Of a DNA stretch of 64,000 nt, positions 43,225 to 52,879 are shown piece by piece (position 1 is the first letter of the stretch; each line of letters begins with the position of its first letter). The translations under genes and the position numbers were made by a program. The DNA is from Nostoc sp. DedSLP01 (lineage in GTDB: Bacteria; Cyanobacteriota; Cyanobacteriia; Cyanobacteriales; Nostocaceae), in the NCBI GenBank assembly GCA_034530875.2, contig JAVRCJ020000020.1, positions 32,001 through 96,000 of the forward strand, read 5' to 3'. A model generated the notes under the pieces. The model saw nothing but the letters and a program-made list of their open reading frames with translations. It was not told the origin of the DNA and searched no databases.

Positions 43225-43251
43225 GTAAGTCTTGTTGTGGGTAAGTAAGTA

Positions 43252-43647
43252 ATGAAAAAGGTGATGTTTGTTTGTAAGAAAAATTCACGGCGATCGCAAA
43301 TGGCAGAAGGTTTTGCTCGGAGGTTAGGAGCAGGTAAAATTTCTGTTAATAGTTCGGGGTTGGAAGCAAGTCATGTAGACCCAAAAACTGTTGATATTAT
43401 GTCAGAAATTGGTATTGATATTAGCAATCAAACCTCGAAGGCTTTAAGTGATTTTCAAGCTGAAGATTATGATGCCGTGATTTCGTTGTGTGGTTGTGGT
43501 GTTAACTTACCCGAAGCATGGGTGTTAAGAGATTTGTTTGAAGATTGGCAACTTGACGACCCAGAAGGACAATCAATTGAAGTTTTTCGCCGCGTCCGCG
43601 ATGAAGTTAAAGAACGAGTTTTAAAGTTAATTGATTCTCTAAATTAA
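43252..43647 (+). CDS. arsC: Arsenate reductase, LMW-PTP fold, cyanobacterial type
   Basis: FVCKKNSRRSQMAEG, SLCGC and DWQLDDP. Confidence 0.92.
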   Translation: MKKVMFVCKKNSRRSQMAEGFARRLGAGKISVNSSGLEASHVDPKTVDIMSEIGIDISNQTSKALSDFQAEDYDAVISLCGCGVNLPEAWVLRDLFEDWQLDDPEGQSIEVFRRVRDEVKERVLKLIDSLN

Positions 43648-43876
43648 TTTTATCTAACAAACAAATGTCAGCAAAATGAGACGTTGCACTGCAACGTCTC
43701 TACATGATTGCAAATTGGGAATAATGCAGAGGCTAGCATCTCTGCATTATTCTGAACTAAACCGAAACAAACTGTTTCTGTTATTGCCAATGATTGAAAG
43801 CTTTTCAAGATTGTTGGATTGATACCAATTTGAAAAACGAATTCAACATTCAAAATGGTATAAGTGAACTTATTGA

Positions 43877-44311
43877 TTATACAGCACTCAGCAAGAAACT
43901 AATCCGTTGCTCAAAGTCTAGCTGTTTAATTTGTGCTACAAATTCATCGGTTTCACTTGGTAGTTGATAGTCAGATGGTACTCCGATGATAGTTCCATTT
44001 TCTATACCTTTTGACAACAACAGCCAAACTACCAATCTAGAGTTAGGAATCAACTCCTTATAGCCTCGACCGATATCATTTGCACCTGTAAGTAGGTCGC
44101 GTTGTGCTTGCAGTTGTTCTTGTTGAGACAAAGCTTGAATTTGGTCAAATACTGCTTTTCCAGGGACTTCTACACTTTCAGGAGGTGCTGGTTGTAGCTG
44201 GTCTTTAATATCTAGGTAACCAAACCAAAGTATGCCTAGTTGAGTATCTACATCAAAGCGGCGAAAAGTTTCTAAAGCTGGTCTTGTTTTTTCATCAGCT
44301 GTGTAAGTCAT
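43877..44311 (-). CDS. Helical carotenoid protein (OCP N-terminal domain homolog)
   Basis: [33 protein letters not shown] and [10 protein letters not shown]. Confidence 0.85.
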   Translation of the reverse strand: MTYTADEKTRPALETFRRFDVDTQLGILWFGYLDIKDQLQPAPPESVEVPGKAVFDQIQALSQQEQLQAQRDLLTGANDIGRGYKELIPNSRLVVWLLLSKGIENGTIIGVPSDYQLPSETDEFVAQIKQLDFEQRISFLLSAV

Positions 44312-44575
44312 AGAAAACTCCAAAGAAGTTAAAGTTACTCTTGATTGCTCAAGTGGTTGAGAAAACTTAATCTCGATACTTCATTAAACTTAACGAACCA
44401 ATCGACAAGAATATCTCTACTTATGGTATGAATAGCATTCACTACACAAGACAGATCGTAGATACCTCAAATTGCTACTTACAAAAATGCTCTTTTCAAA
44501 GTATGGGTTTGTAAAACTTGTATCTGCAAGCACAAACCTCACCTTTGCCTGTTACCTCTGGGGAAAGTAGTTGAA

Positions 44576-47500
44576 TCAGAAAACCAGGTTAGCGATCGCT
44601 CTAATTAACTTCGCTGGTTCCACAGGTTTGGTGATATGCTGTTGAAATCCAGCGGCAATTGCCTGTTGATAGTCGATTTCAGCTGCATAGGCAGTTAAAG
44701 CGATCGCTGGAATTTTGCCTCCGAGTTCTGGCGGCATTTCTCTGATTTGACGCATCAACATATAGCCGTCTACTTCCGGCATTCCAATGTCGCTTAAGAG
44801 CAGATTTGGTTGTAACACAGGCAAAACTTGCAGTGCTTCCACAGCCGATGCTGTCTGGGTGACGGTGGCTCCATACTGCTGGAGAATAAAGGCAATCAAT
44901 TCTCGCGTATCGCGCTCGTCATCGACTAACAGAACTTTTAAGCCATTTAAATCGGGCGAATCATCTGATTGTCGATCGCTATCTTCGTTTTTGACATTGA
45001 TTTTTATCAAAGGCAACATGACTGTAAAAGTTGCCCCCTGTTCTTCGCCCAAACTTTCTGCCTGGACTGTACCGCCATGTAGTTCGACGATATGACGAAC
45101 AATAGCCAATCCCAACCCCAAACCGCCAAATTTTCTGGTGGTTGCGCCGTCAGCTTGGCGGAAGTAGTCAAAGACGAATGGTAAAAAGTCGGGGCTAATT
45201 CCTTTACCTGTATCGCGTACTTGCAGTTGAGCCTGAGAATCAACAATCCCTAAGCTGATTTCTATTTCTCCGCCTTGGGGTGTAAACTTAATCGCATTGG
45301 AGAGGAGATTCCAAATTACTTGTTGTAAGCGGACTGAATCGCCGGCGACTAAAAATTTTGAGTCGTAGCCTTGATGCGCTGACAGCACAACTTGAATTTG
45401 GGATTTGAGATTGTCTGGTTGTTTATTAAACTCGATGGATGCTAAATTTCTGTTAGTGTTTTCTGATGCCAAATCTAAGATCGCAAATCGTAAGTTGATA
45501 GATTTGGCTTGAGCAGCTAAACGCACGGTTTCTAAAGCAGCGGCGATCGCAGTTACCAAATTTACCGAAGCAATATTTAAGCTGAGTTTGCCTTGCAAAA
45601 TCCGAGAGACATCGAGCAAATCTTCAATTAGCTGAGTTTGCAGCTTGGCATTACGCTCAATGGTTTGCAAAGCACGAGCGATGGTTGCATCATCGTACTT
45701 TTTAGTTTGCAGCATCTTTGACCATCCTAAGATGGGGTTTAGTGGCGTGCGCAGTTCGTGGGAGAGTACTGCTAAAAATTCGTCTTTAATGCGGTTAGCT
45801 TGAATTAATTGCTCTTTTCGTCGCTGTAACGAAGCTATTAATTCAAAACGTTCCAAAGCAACCGCCACTTGATCGGAAGTTGCTTGCAGTAAAGCAGTTT
45901 CCTCTGGGGTAAAGTAGGTACGGGTACGACTGGCAAAAGAGAGTACGCCTAAGAGTTTTCCCTGAGCAATTAACGGTTGACCTGTATATGCTGTGATTCC
46001 CAAATCGCGAAGGATGTGTGCATTGGGATGAGTAGAGTGCTGCACATCATTGATGACAATTTGACGCCGTTCTTGCGCCACTACTCCACATATTCCTTGA
46101 TTAAATTCTAAATATTCAAGTGCTTGAAATACTTCTTGGGCGATCCCACTCCAACCTACCAGGCGAAGTTTCTGCTTATTTTCGTGTGTCTCAATGAGAT
46201 AGTTGAAGTAAAAATGCAAATCCATCTGCGCCGAGAGTTTAACGAACAAGGTGTTCATCAAATCTAAAGGTCGCTCGGTTGAGAGCAAATCGCTGGTTGT
46301 TTCAAAAAGTAGCTTCAGTCCTTCACTGCGCTGTTGCAAAGCTTTTTGGGCTTGTTGGCGTTCCCGCAGGGCGCGTTCGCGTTCGGTAATGTCAACTGCA
46401 ACTCCTCCTACCAAGCGTAGTCCACAAGGATCTGCAATGGGAAACTTGTATACCAAAAATTCGCCAATACTGCCATCTGTGCGTGGGGCAGATTCAATTG
46501 CTTCTACGACTTGATTCGTTTCGGCAACTATTTTAATATTATTGAAAAATTGTTGAGCAGTTTCAGCCGGATATAGCTCAAAAATGTTTTTATTAATTGC
46601 GTTATTTTTTGGGAAATTAAATATGCGGAAATAAGTTGGACTCAGATAAAGTACGCGTCCGTCTGTATCTGTAATCCATCCTGCTGCTGGACTGTTGTCC
46701 ATAAAAGCTTGGAAGCGTTCTTCACTCTGGTGCAAAGCTTGTTCTATTTGGTGTCGTTCGCTAATATCAAGAATAAATCCTACTGCTTTGTGCCGAGATT
46801 CTCCTAATAAGGAATAGCCAATTAAAATTGGTATACGAGAACCATCTTTGCGAATATATTCTTTTTCATAAGGAGTACACGCACCTTTAGATTTGGCTTC
46901 AGCGATCGCTAATTCATCTAAATAAAGATACTCTGGTGGCGTGATATCAGTCCAGCGTAATTTACCCGCTTGCAAATCCTCTTTGGTATAGCCAACAATT
47001 CGCAGAAATTCGTCATTGGCTTCACTGATATTACCTTCCACATCGCTAAAGACAATGCCGACTATATTGGATTCTACAAAACTCCTCAGCCGTTCCTCAC
47101 TTGCTTTCACAGCGGCTTCTGCCTGCTTGCGGGCAGTAATATTCATGATAGTTACTAATACACTGTCGAATTTAGTATTTTCTGGCGGAAAGGTAATTGT
47201 AAATAAGATGTTCAGACGTTCTCCTTGGAGAGTTTTGAGAATAGTTTCTGATTCTAAGCAAGTTTGTCTATTAGTAATTGCTAGCAATTCTTCAACAAAT
47301 ACTTCTAATGTTTCTGGTACAAATATTTGCCGCAGCGATACCAAAAGTTCATTTTTATTTTCAGCACCAAACATTCGCACAGCTGCGTTATTCACGTTGA
47401 CAATTTTCACCATGTCAATCGCTTGTTGAATAAACTCTGGATGTTCGGCAAAAAAAGCGCGAAAATTCTCTACACCTTGGGCTTTTAATTCATCCAGGGC

Positions 47501-49114
47501 TGCTTTGACAAGGGAAAAATCTTCTTCAAAAATCGCCACGCCTGCGGCTTCAAAAATATAGCGATATTTTCTCTCTTGTTCTTGTAATGCTGCTTCTATG
47601 AGCTTACGTTGGCTGATATCTGTAGTGCTGCCAACTACGCGTAAGGGTTTGCCGTCAGCATCTCGCCTAACAACTATTCCTTGGTCTAGCACGTATACAT
47701 ATTGATTATTTTGGTTGCGAATTCGATACTCAGCAGTATAGCCATCGCCATTTTCCCAGGCAATCCCAGCATCATTTATTACACGTTGCAAATCCTCTGG
47801 ATGAACGAGTTCGCGCCACCATTCACTAGATTTTTGAGCATTTTCCAGGGAATAACCTAAAATTCTCGTTAATCCTTCGGTTCTTTCAACAGTATCCTGT
47901 TCTATATCCCAGTCATAGATGAGACAATTGACGGCAGCGGCGGCTAACTCGAAACGTTCGTTAGCTAACCTCAAGCGTTCTTCTTTGTCACGTAAAGTTT
48001 TTTCTACTTGCTTGCGTTGGCTAATGTCACGAAAGAAAATGTCAAGACCATCTTCACAAGGGTAAGCGTGAATCTCTAACCATACATCATATTTGGATGG
48101 TAAATAATAATGATGCTCGAAGTGGACGGGAATTTGTTCTGCCATCGCTCGGCGGTATTGGCACTCGAGATTTGTGCCTACTGAAGCCGGCCACTCTTCC
48201 CAGTGCGACTTACCAATGACTTCTGTACGAGGTTTGCCGTTAATTCGCTCTGCTTCGGCATTTTGATAGATGATTCGCCAATCTCGGTCTAGAGTAATAA
48301 AGGCATCGCTCATGCTTTCTAGGGTGCGGGTAATTCGCTCGTTAGCTTGCTGTAATGCAGCTTGTGCTTGTTTGCGTTCGCTCAAATCAACAACAAAGCC
48401 AATCACCCTTTCTTGAGTGTCTTCTAAAAGCACAGAACCAAGCAAAACGGGAACGCGAGAACCATCTTTGCAAATATATTCTTTTTCAAAAGGTTTACAA
48501 ACTCCAGTAGTTTTTAGTTCTTCCACCAAACGCTCGCTTAAACTTAGAGATTCAGGTGCAGTAAGTTCGCGCCAGTCCATTTCTTTGGCAGACAAATCTT
48601 CTCGCGTATAGCCAATCATCTTCAGAAAAGCATCGTTAGCCTCGATGATGCAGCCGTTGAGGTCGCTGATGATGACTCCAATGATGTTAGATTCTGCGAG
48701 TCGACTAAACCGCATTTCGCTATTTTGCAATAACTTCAAGCTTGACTCTGCTTTGCTTTTGGCAGTTTGCAATTCTGAGAAGAGGGCAGTAATTAATAAA
48801 GAGACTAACGAGAAGGTGGTTAATCGAATTAAGACACTTAGGCTAACAATATTAAATGAGTAGACTGGCTCAATGAGAAAGTAAAAGGCAACTATGGCAG
48901 ATAAAGCGATCGCTAGCATTCCTACTTCCATGCCACCATACCACGCACTAACCGCCACGGCAGCATAAAAAAAGGTAAACACACTCGGATCGAATACTGG
49001 CTGTAGCAGTCTTGCGATTAGCAAAGCAGCTGCTACAGCTAAAATCATCACACCAAAAGTTAGCGAAAAAGAGCGCATCAGCAAGAATTTTTCGAGTAAT
49101 TTTTTCACGCTCAT
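44576..49114 (-). CDS. Hybrid sensor kinase: DUF4118-like membrane domain, multiple PAS, GAF, HisKA, HATPase, receiver
   Basis: AVAVSAWYGG; repeated PAS/PAC motifs; FLAVLSHELRTPL; GGLGLGL; LLVDDE...DIGMP...KP. Confidence 0.93.
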   Translation of the reverse strand: MSVKKLLEKFLLMRSFSLTFGVMILAVAAALLIARLLQPVFDPSVFTFFYAAVAVSAWYGGMEVGMLAIALSAIVAFYFLIEPVYSFNIVSLSVLIRLTTFSLVSLLITALFSELQTAKSKAESSLKLLQNSEMRFSRLAESNIIGVIISDLNGCIIEANDAFLKMIGYTREDLSAKEMDWRELTAPESLSLSERLVEELKTTGVCKPFEKEYICKDGSRVPVLLGSVLLEDTQERVIGFVVDLSERKQAQAALQQANERITRTLESMSDAFITLDRDWRIIYQNAEAERINGKPRTEVIGKSHWEEWPASVGTNLECQYRRAMAEQIPVHFEHHYYLPSKYDVWLEIHAYPCEDGLDIFFRDISQRKQVEKTLRDKEERLRLANERFELAAAAVNCLIYDWDIEQDTVERTEGLTRILGYSLENAQKSSEWWRELVHPEDLQRVINDAGIAWENGDGYTAEYRIRNQNNQYVYVLDQGIVVRRDADGKPLRVVGSTTDISQRKLIEAALQEQERKYRYIFEAAGVAIFEEDFSLVKAALDELKAQGVENFRAFFAEHPEFIQQAIDMVKIVNVNNAAVRMFGAENKNELLVSLRQIFVPETLEVFVEELLAITNRQTCLESETILKTLQGERLNILFTITFPPENTKFDSVLVTIMNITARKQAEAAVKASEERLRSFVESNIVGIVFSDVEGNISEANDEFLRIVGYTKEDLQAGKLRWTDITPPEYLYLDELAIAEAKSKGACTPYEKEYIRKDGSRIPILIGYSLLGESRHKAVGFILDISERHQIEQALHQSEERFQAFMDNSPAAGWITDTDGRVLYLSPTYFRIFNFPKNNAINKNIFELYPAETAQQFFNNIKIVAETNQVVEAIESAPRTDGSIGEFLVYKFPIADPCGLRLVGGVAVDITERERALRERQQAQKALQQRSEGLKLLFETTSDLLSTERPLDLMNTLFVKLSAQMDLHFYFNYLIETHENKQKLRLVGWSGIAQEVFQALEYLEFNQGICGVVAQERRQIVINDVQHSTHPNAHILRDLGITAYTGQPLIAQGKLLGVLSFASRTRTYFTPEETALLQATSDQVAVALERFELIASLQRRKEQLIQANRIKDEFLAVLSHELRTPLNPILGWSKMLQTKKYDDATIARALQTIERNAKLQTQLIEDLLDVSRILQGKLSLNIASVNLVTAIAAALETVRLAAQAKSINLRFAILDLASENTNRNLASIEFNKQPDNLKSQIQVVLSAHQGYDSKFLVAGDSVRLQQVIWNLLSNAIKFTPQGGEIEISLGIVDSQAQLQVRDTGKGISPDFLPFVFDYFRQADGATTRKFGGLGLGLAIVRHIVELHGGTVQAESLGEEQGATFTVMLPLIKINVKNEDSDRQSDDSPDLNGLKVLLVDDERDTRELIAFILQQYGATVTQTASAVEALQVLPVLQPNLLLSDIGMPEVDGYMLMRQIREMPPELGGKIPAIALTAYAAEIDYQQAIAAGFQQHITKPVEPAKLIRAIANLVF

Positions 49115-49115
49115 C

Positions 49116-49370
49116 TCAAGAGACCTCCTCTTGTTGTGCTTTTGAAAAATACTCGTTTAGTAGTTTTTTCCCTGGTTCGCCCATCTTCTCTAACATTTCT
49201 TGAATTAGCTTTAGTGCCATCTGTGAAGGCATCGCAGATCTGTTTTCCCAGCGATTAACTGTTCGCAGGGAAACTCCCAACTTGGCTGCAAACTTTTCCT
49301 GAGACAGATTGAGTTCTTGCCTAAGTTCGCGGATTAAATCTGCAATTTTTAGTGAGTTTCCTAGTTCCAT
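49116..49370 (-). CDS. XRE-family HTH transcriptional regulator
   Basis: IRELRQELNLSQEKFAAKLGVSLRTVNRWEN. Confidence 0.88.
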   Translation of the reverse strand: MELGNSLKIADLIRELRQELNLSQEKFAAKLGVSLRTVNRWENRSAMPSQMALKLIQEMLEKMGEPGKKLLNEYFSKAQQEEVS

Positions 49371-49935
49371 AATCAGCAGGTTAAGACAAATGTCATATAA
49401 TTTGTCTCCAGCTTAAGGATGAAGTTTAATAACCATTAGATATCATCCATCACGAAATGGATTGTATCTTTGGTCAAAGGCTAACATCAGTTATTAATAT
49501 TGGCTATTGACTGTATAAGCTAATGGCACAATAATACTCTCAACCTCACCATTACTGTAATTCATAGAAATAAAAACTCCTGGAGACTAAACAAGCGCGA
49601 AGTAGATTTATAAAATAAAAATAAAATTTATTCGCTTATATTACGGTTAATAGTATTATTTTTAGCCACTTTCTGATTTTTCCAGATTATTCAACTCTGA
49701 AAATCAGCGTGTAACAGTTGGAATTGTAGTATTTCATCCTCTACTTAATATTTGATTTATCAATTAAATGCTAATGGTTGCATACCTTAGTGACTACATA
49801 ACTTGAAGTTTTTGTTTACTACAATCAGAATCAAAATCTGTAGCAAATATTACTTCTTGAGTTAGATGTCAAGAGTAAATATGAAAAGCTATAATGTATA
49901 ATTAAGTTAATTATTGCCTAATTTATATTACTATT

Positions 49936-50961
49936 TTGATTAATCAACATTCAGAAAATTTTTTCAACACTCAACAAGAGAAAACACCAGCCCAAGGCTA
50001 TGAATTTAGCTGGTTTGATTGGTTTTGTCTTTGGTATCCACCAGGGTGGCTGATTTTATTTAACCGTCACTGGCAACATTATCATCAAGATCCCGATGGT
50101 TGGAATTGGCTAGAATATGGATTATTTTTAATACCTGGCGGCTTTTACCTAGCAATGTTGAGTCGTTGGTTGCGTCTGGGTTGTCGTTCGCCGCGTAAAG
50201 AAGTTGGTGAATTCGACCCCAATTATCAGCAAGCTTTTCGCGAAGAAGTAATTGCCCCCATCGTGAAATATTATTTTCGGGCAGAATTACAACAAATAGA
50301 AGACTTGCCGCCAACCGGGCCATTAATTGTGGCAATGAATCATGCTGGCATGTCTTTTCCTTGGGACTTTTTGAGCTTAGCTTATTTATTAAGTGAAGCT
50401 AGAGGATGGAAAGTACAACCCATAGCAAGCCCAGCATTATTTGACCATCCTTGGATGGTTTGGTGGTTGCCATCCAAATGGTCGCAAGTTTTAGGCGGTG
50501 TACGAGCGCAATTAAATGATTTTGAGGCTGCAATTGCCAGAGGTAAAATCCTCTTATATGCACCCGAAGGGATACGGGGGCCGGGGAAAGGTTGGACAAA
50601 ACGCTATCAACTGCAAAAGTTTGATGTCAGTTTTATACAATTGAGCGATCGCTATCATATTCCCATTCTCCCAGTAGTTTGTATTGGTAGCGAATATCTG
50701 CATCCTTGGGCTTTTAATATCGCCAAATTGCAACGGCTAATCAAATTACCATTCTTGCCTGTCTCGCCTTTGATGTTTGCCTTACTTCTGTTTCCCTCAA
50801 TGGGAGTGTGGGCAATGAAAACTCGTTTGCGTTATTTTATTCAGCCTGTGGAATCAGCAGAAGTACTGACAAATTCGAATAAAGGACATACAGCAGCTTA
50901 TCAACAAGCACAAAAATTACGAGAAAAACTACAAATTCAAATTAATCAATTAACGATTTAG
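49936..50961 (+). CDS. Phospholipid/glycerol acyltransferase (PlsC-like)
   Basis: NHAGMSFPWD (variant HX4D block), APEG and PILPVVCIG. Confidence 0.82.
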   Translation: MINQHSENFFNTQQEKTPAQGYEFSWFDWFCLWYPPGWLILFNRHWQHYHQDPDGWNWLEYGLFLIPGGFYLAMLSRWLRLGCRSPRKEVGEFDPNYQQAFREEVIAPIVKYYFRAELQQIEDLPPTGPLIVAMNHAGMSFPWDFLSLAYLLSEARGWKVQPIASPALFDHPWMVWWLPSKWSQVLGGVRAQLNDFEAAIARGKILLYAPEGIRGPGKGWTKRYQLQKFDVSFIQLSDRYHIPILPVVCIGSEYLHPWAFNIAKLQRLIKLPFLPVSPLMFALLLFPSMGVWAMKTRLRYFIQPVESAEVLTNSNKGHTAAYQQAQKLREKLQIQINQLTI

Positions 50962-51048
50962 GTGCGTTAGGCTACGCCATAACACCCCCTACTGGACTGA
51001 CACAGCTAAAATAGTGCATTAGCTTGAATCTTGTGGGATGGGCGTCTC

Positions 51049-51245
51049 GCCATTGGTGTCAACTTAAGCTCAAACTCTTGCTCCACAATCGTTTTACCCC
51101 ACCCCCAACCCCTCCCCTTGCCAAGGGGAGGGGAGGTTTTGCGTCAGCAAAGCCGGGGTGGGGTAACGTGGCTCTTGATAGAAAGTGAGTAGAACTTGCT
51201 CATTATGTTTTCATCAGGGTTTCACGTTAAGTTGACACCAATGGC
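51049..51245. mobile_element. MITE with perfect 19-bp TIR (GCCATTGGTGTCAACTTAA)
   Basis: TIRs at 51049-51067 and 51227-51245; no transposase ORF; internal GC-rich palindrome at about 51095-51165. Confidence 0.85.
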
Positions 51246-51358
51246 TAGAAGCCCACACCACAAGAAATTTTATTGCAACATTTAAGGCTTGCCACGCTAC
51301 TACTAATACAGAAGCTGAGGTTAAGAATAAAGTTGTTGTCATTAATACAGCTTGTCCG

Positions 51359-51460
51359 TTGGTTAACAACGCTTATCCGTTGGTCAACAACACAACTGGT
51401 TTGGTTAACAACGCTTATCCGTTGGTCAACAACACAACTTGTTTGGTTAACAACGCTTAT
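51359..51460. repeat. 42-bp tandem repeat with 21-bp sub-period, about 2.4 copies
   Basis: TTGGTTAACAACGCTTATCCGTTGGTCAACAACACAACT units start at 51359, 51401 and 51443. Confidence 0.85.
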
Positions 51461-51786
51461 ATATTTTGCGACAAAGCTTATGCGATCGTTACCACAGCTT
51501 AAGCAAAACTTATCAATAAAAGACAAAACATACTCCACGAACACAATTCACAACCAAGGAATGAAAACATTTCTTTCCTAGTCACCATTCCCCAGTCCCC
51601 AGCCCCTATTTTCAAGCTAGGTCTAATCTCAAATTCGGTGACCAATAATTCAGACTTCTATTGGCTAGCAACACAAAATCATTAACAGGGGTTGTTACTG
51701 CATTCCCTGGTGGTTCCAGCTTATCCTTACTTGAGTAGCTGGTATCAGATTTGTTCTGGTCTGAATTTAAAGCGTGATGGTTGCAG

Positions 51787-52059
51787 ATGAACATTGGAAT
51801 AATCGAACCTTACAGTAACGGATTTTTGGAAGTTATACCAGAGGGTGAAGACAGCGACTATTATCAGATTGCAGCTATACATATTAACGGCCAAGCCTAC
51901 TGTCCTACTCCTGGGCTTTATCGTTCAGAAAAAGCGGCATTAGCAAAAGCTGCAAAAATTTATGATTGGTTAGCTGACCACGAACACCAAATCACTAATG
52001 GAGCTTGCTACTGTCCTCAATTGAAACTCATCATCTGGCAGCAGCCAAAAGTGTCTTAG
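51787..52059 (+). CDS. Hypothetical protein (90 aa)
   Basis: MNIGIIEPYSNGFLEVIPEGE...; globular composition, no motif recognised. Confidence 0.65.
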   Translation: MNIGIIEPYSNGFLEVIPEGEDSDYYQIAAIHINGQAYCPTPGLYRSEKAALAKAAKIYDWLADHEHQITNGACYCPQLKLIIWQQPKVS

Positions 52060-52359
52060 TTAAGGGACATCCAAGAATTAAATTACTCAATTCCTGCATC
52101 AAACACCAGTATCCAAATTCTTCTCTCCCTTGCTCCCGAAGCTCAAGAACTGCTCACCTAAGCGATTGATTATTTTTTTTGGAAGTCTCTTAAGGCAGGC
52201 TGTTCTTGAGCATGGGTGCTAAAGTTAACCTGTTATTTGCTGTATATATACGATAGCGTACAGACAAAAGCTTGTATGCGTATCTATAATTTACAAAATC
52301 TGACTTCTTTAGCATTATTGCTAAAAAAGCGAATGTATGGAAATTTCATAAGTTTATCG

Positions 52360-52394
52360 AAAGCGCGCTCCCGCTGAAAGCGGGAGCGCGCTTT
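52360..52394. terminator. Perfect 16-bp GC-rich hairpin
   Basis: AAAGCGCGCTCCCGCT-GAA-AGCGGGAGCGCGCTTT. Confidence 0.6.
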
Positions 52395-52417
52395 ATTGGT
52401 ACTTCCTCCTTCGCTAA

Positions 52418-52879
52418 ATGACTGTAAAATCAAAGTTTTCATTTACCAAAAAGACTGTGTTAACTAAACAAATGACCAATCAGTATGAGACATTCTTAGA
52501 CGAACAAAAAATAGCAGACCTAGAAATGCTGAAAACAATTGAACATTGTGAACTGTTAAAAAATAAACAGCAACCTGCTCAAGAAAGCTGGTTGTCACAG
52601 GAGCGCGATGAGAACATACTTGAACAAGTGGAAATAAGTGAGGATTTACTAGAACTAATTACTAAAGCTCGAAGTATAGCTGAAGAGTCACGGACTATGG
52701 CTGAACTAGCCCAATTAAAAGCAAAAAAAGCCAGGGCTATGGCTGAACTAGCCCAATTAAAAGCAAAAAAAGCTTGGGCTATGGCTGAACTAGCCCAATT
52801 AAAAGCAAAAAAAGCTTGGGCTATGGCTGAACTAGTTCAATCAGCAATGCCAATTTCTTCATTAAACCGACTCTACTGA
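52418..52879 (+). CDS. Hypothetical coiled-coil protein with 14-aa repeats
   Basis: MAELAQLKAKKA(R/W)A repeated about 3.4 times; start may be 52472; 18-nt convergent overlap with the next gene. Confidence 0.55.
   Translation: MTVKSKFSFTKKTVLTKQMTNQYETFLDEQKIADLEMLKTIEHCELLKNKQQPAQESWLSQERDENILEQVEISEDLLELITKARSIAEESRTMAELAQLKAKKARAMAELAQLKAKKAWAMAELAQLKAKKAWAMAELVQSAMPISSLNRLY

Noticed and set aside
51359..51460. Possible CRISPR array
   Set aside because: The units are contiguous tandem repeats without unique spacers, and there are no cas genes.
52695..52835. Possible CRISPR array or DGR repeat
   Set aside because: A contiguous in-frame 42-bp coding repeat with no spacers and no reverse transcriptase nearby.
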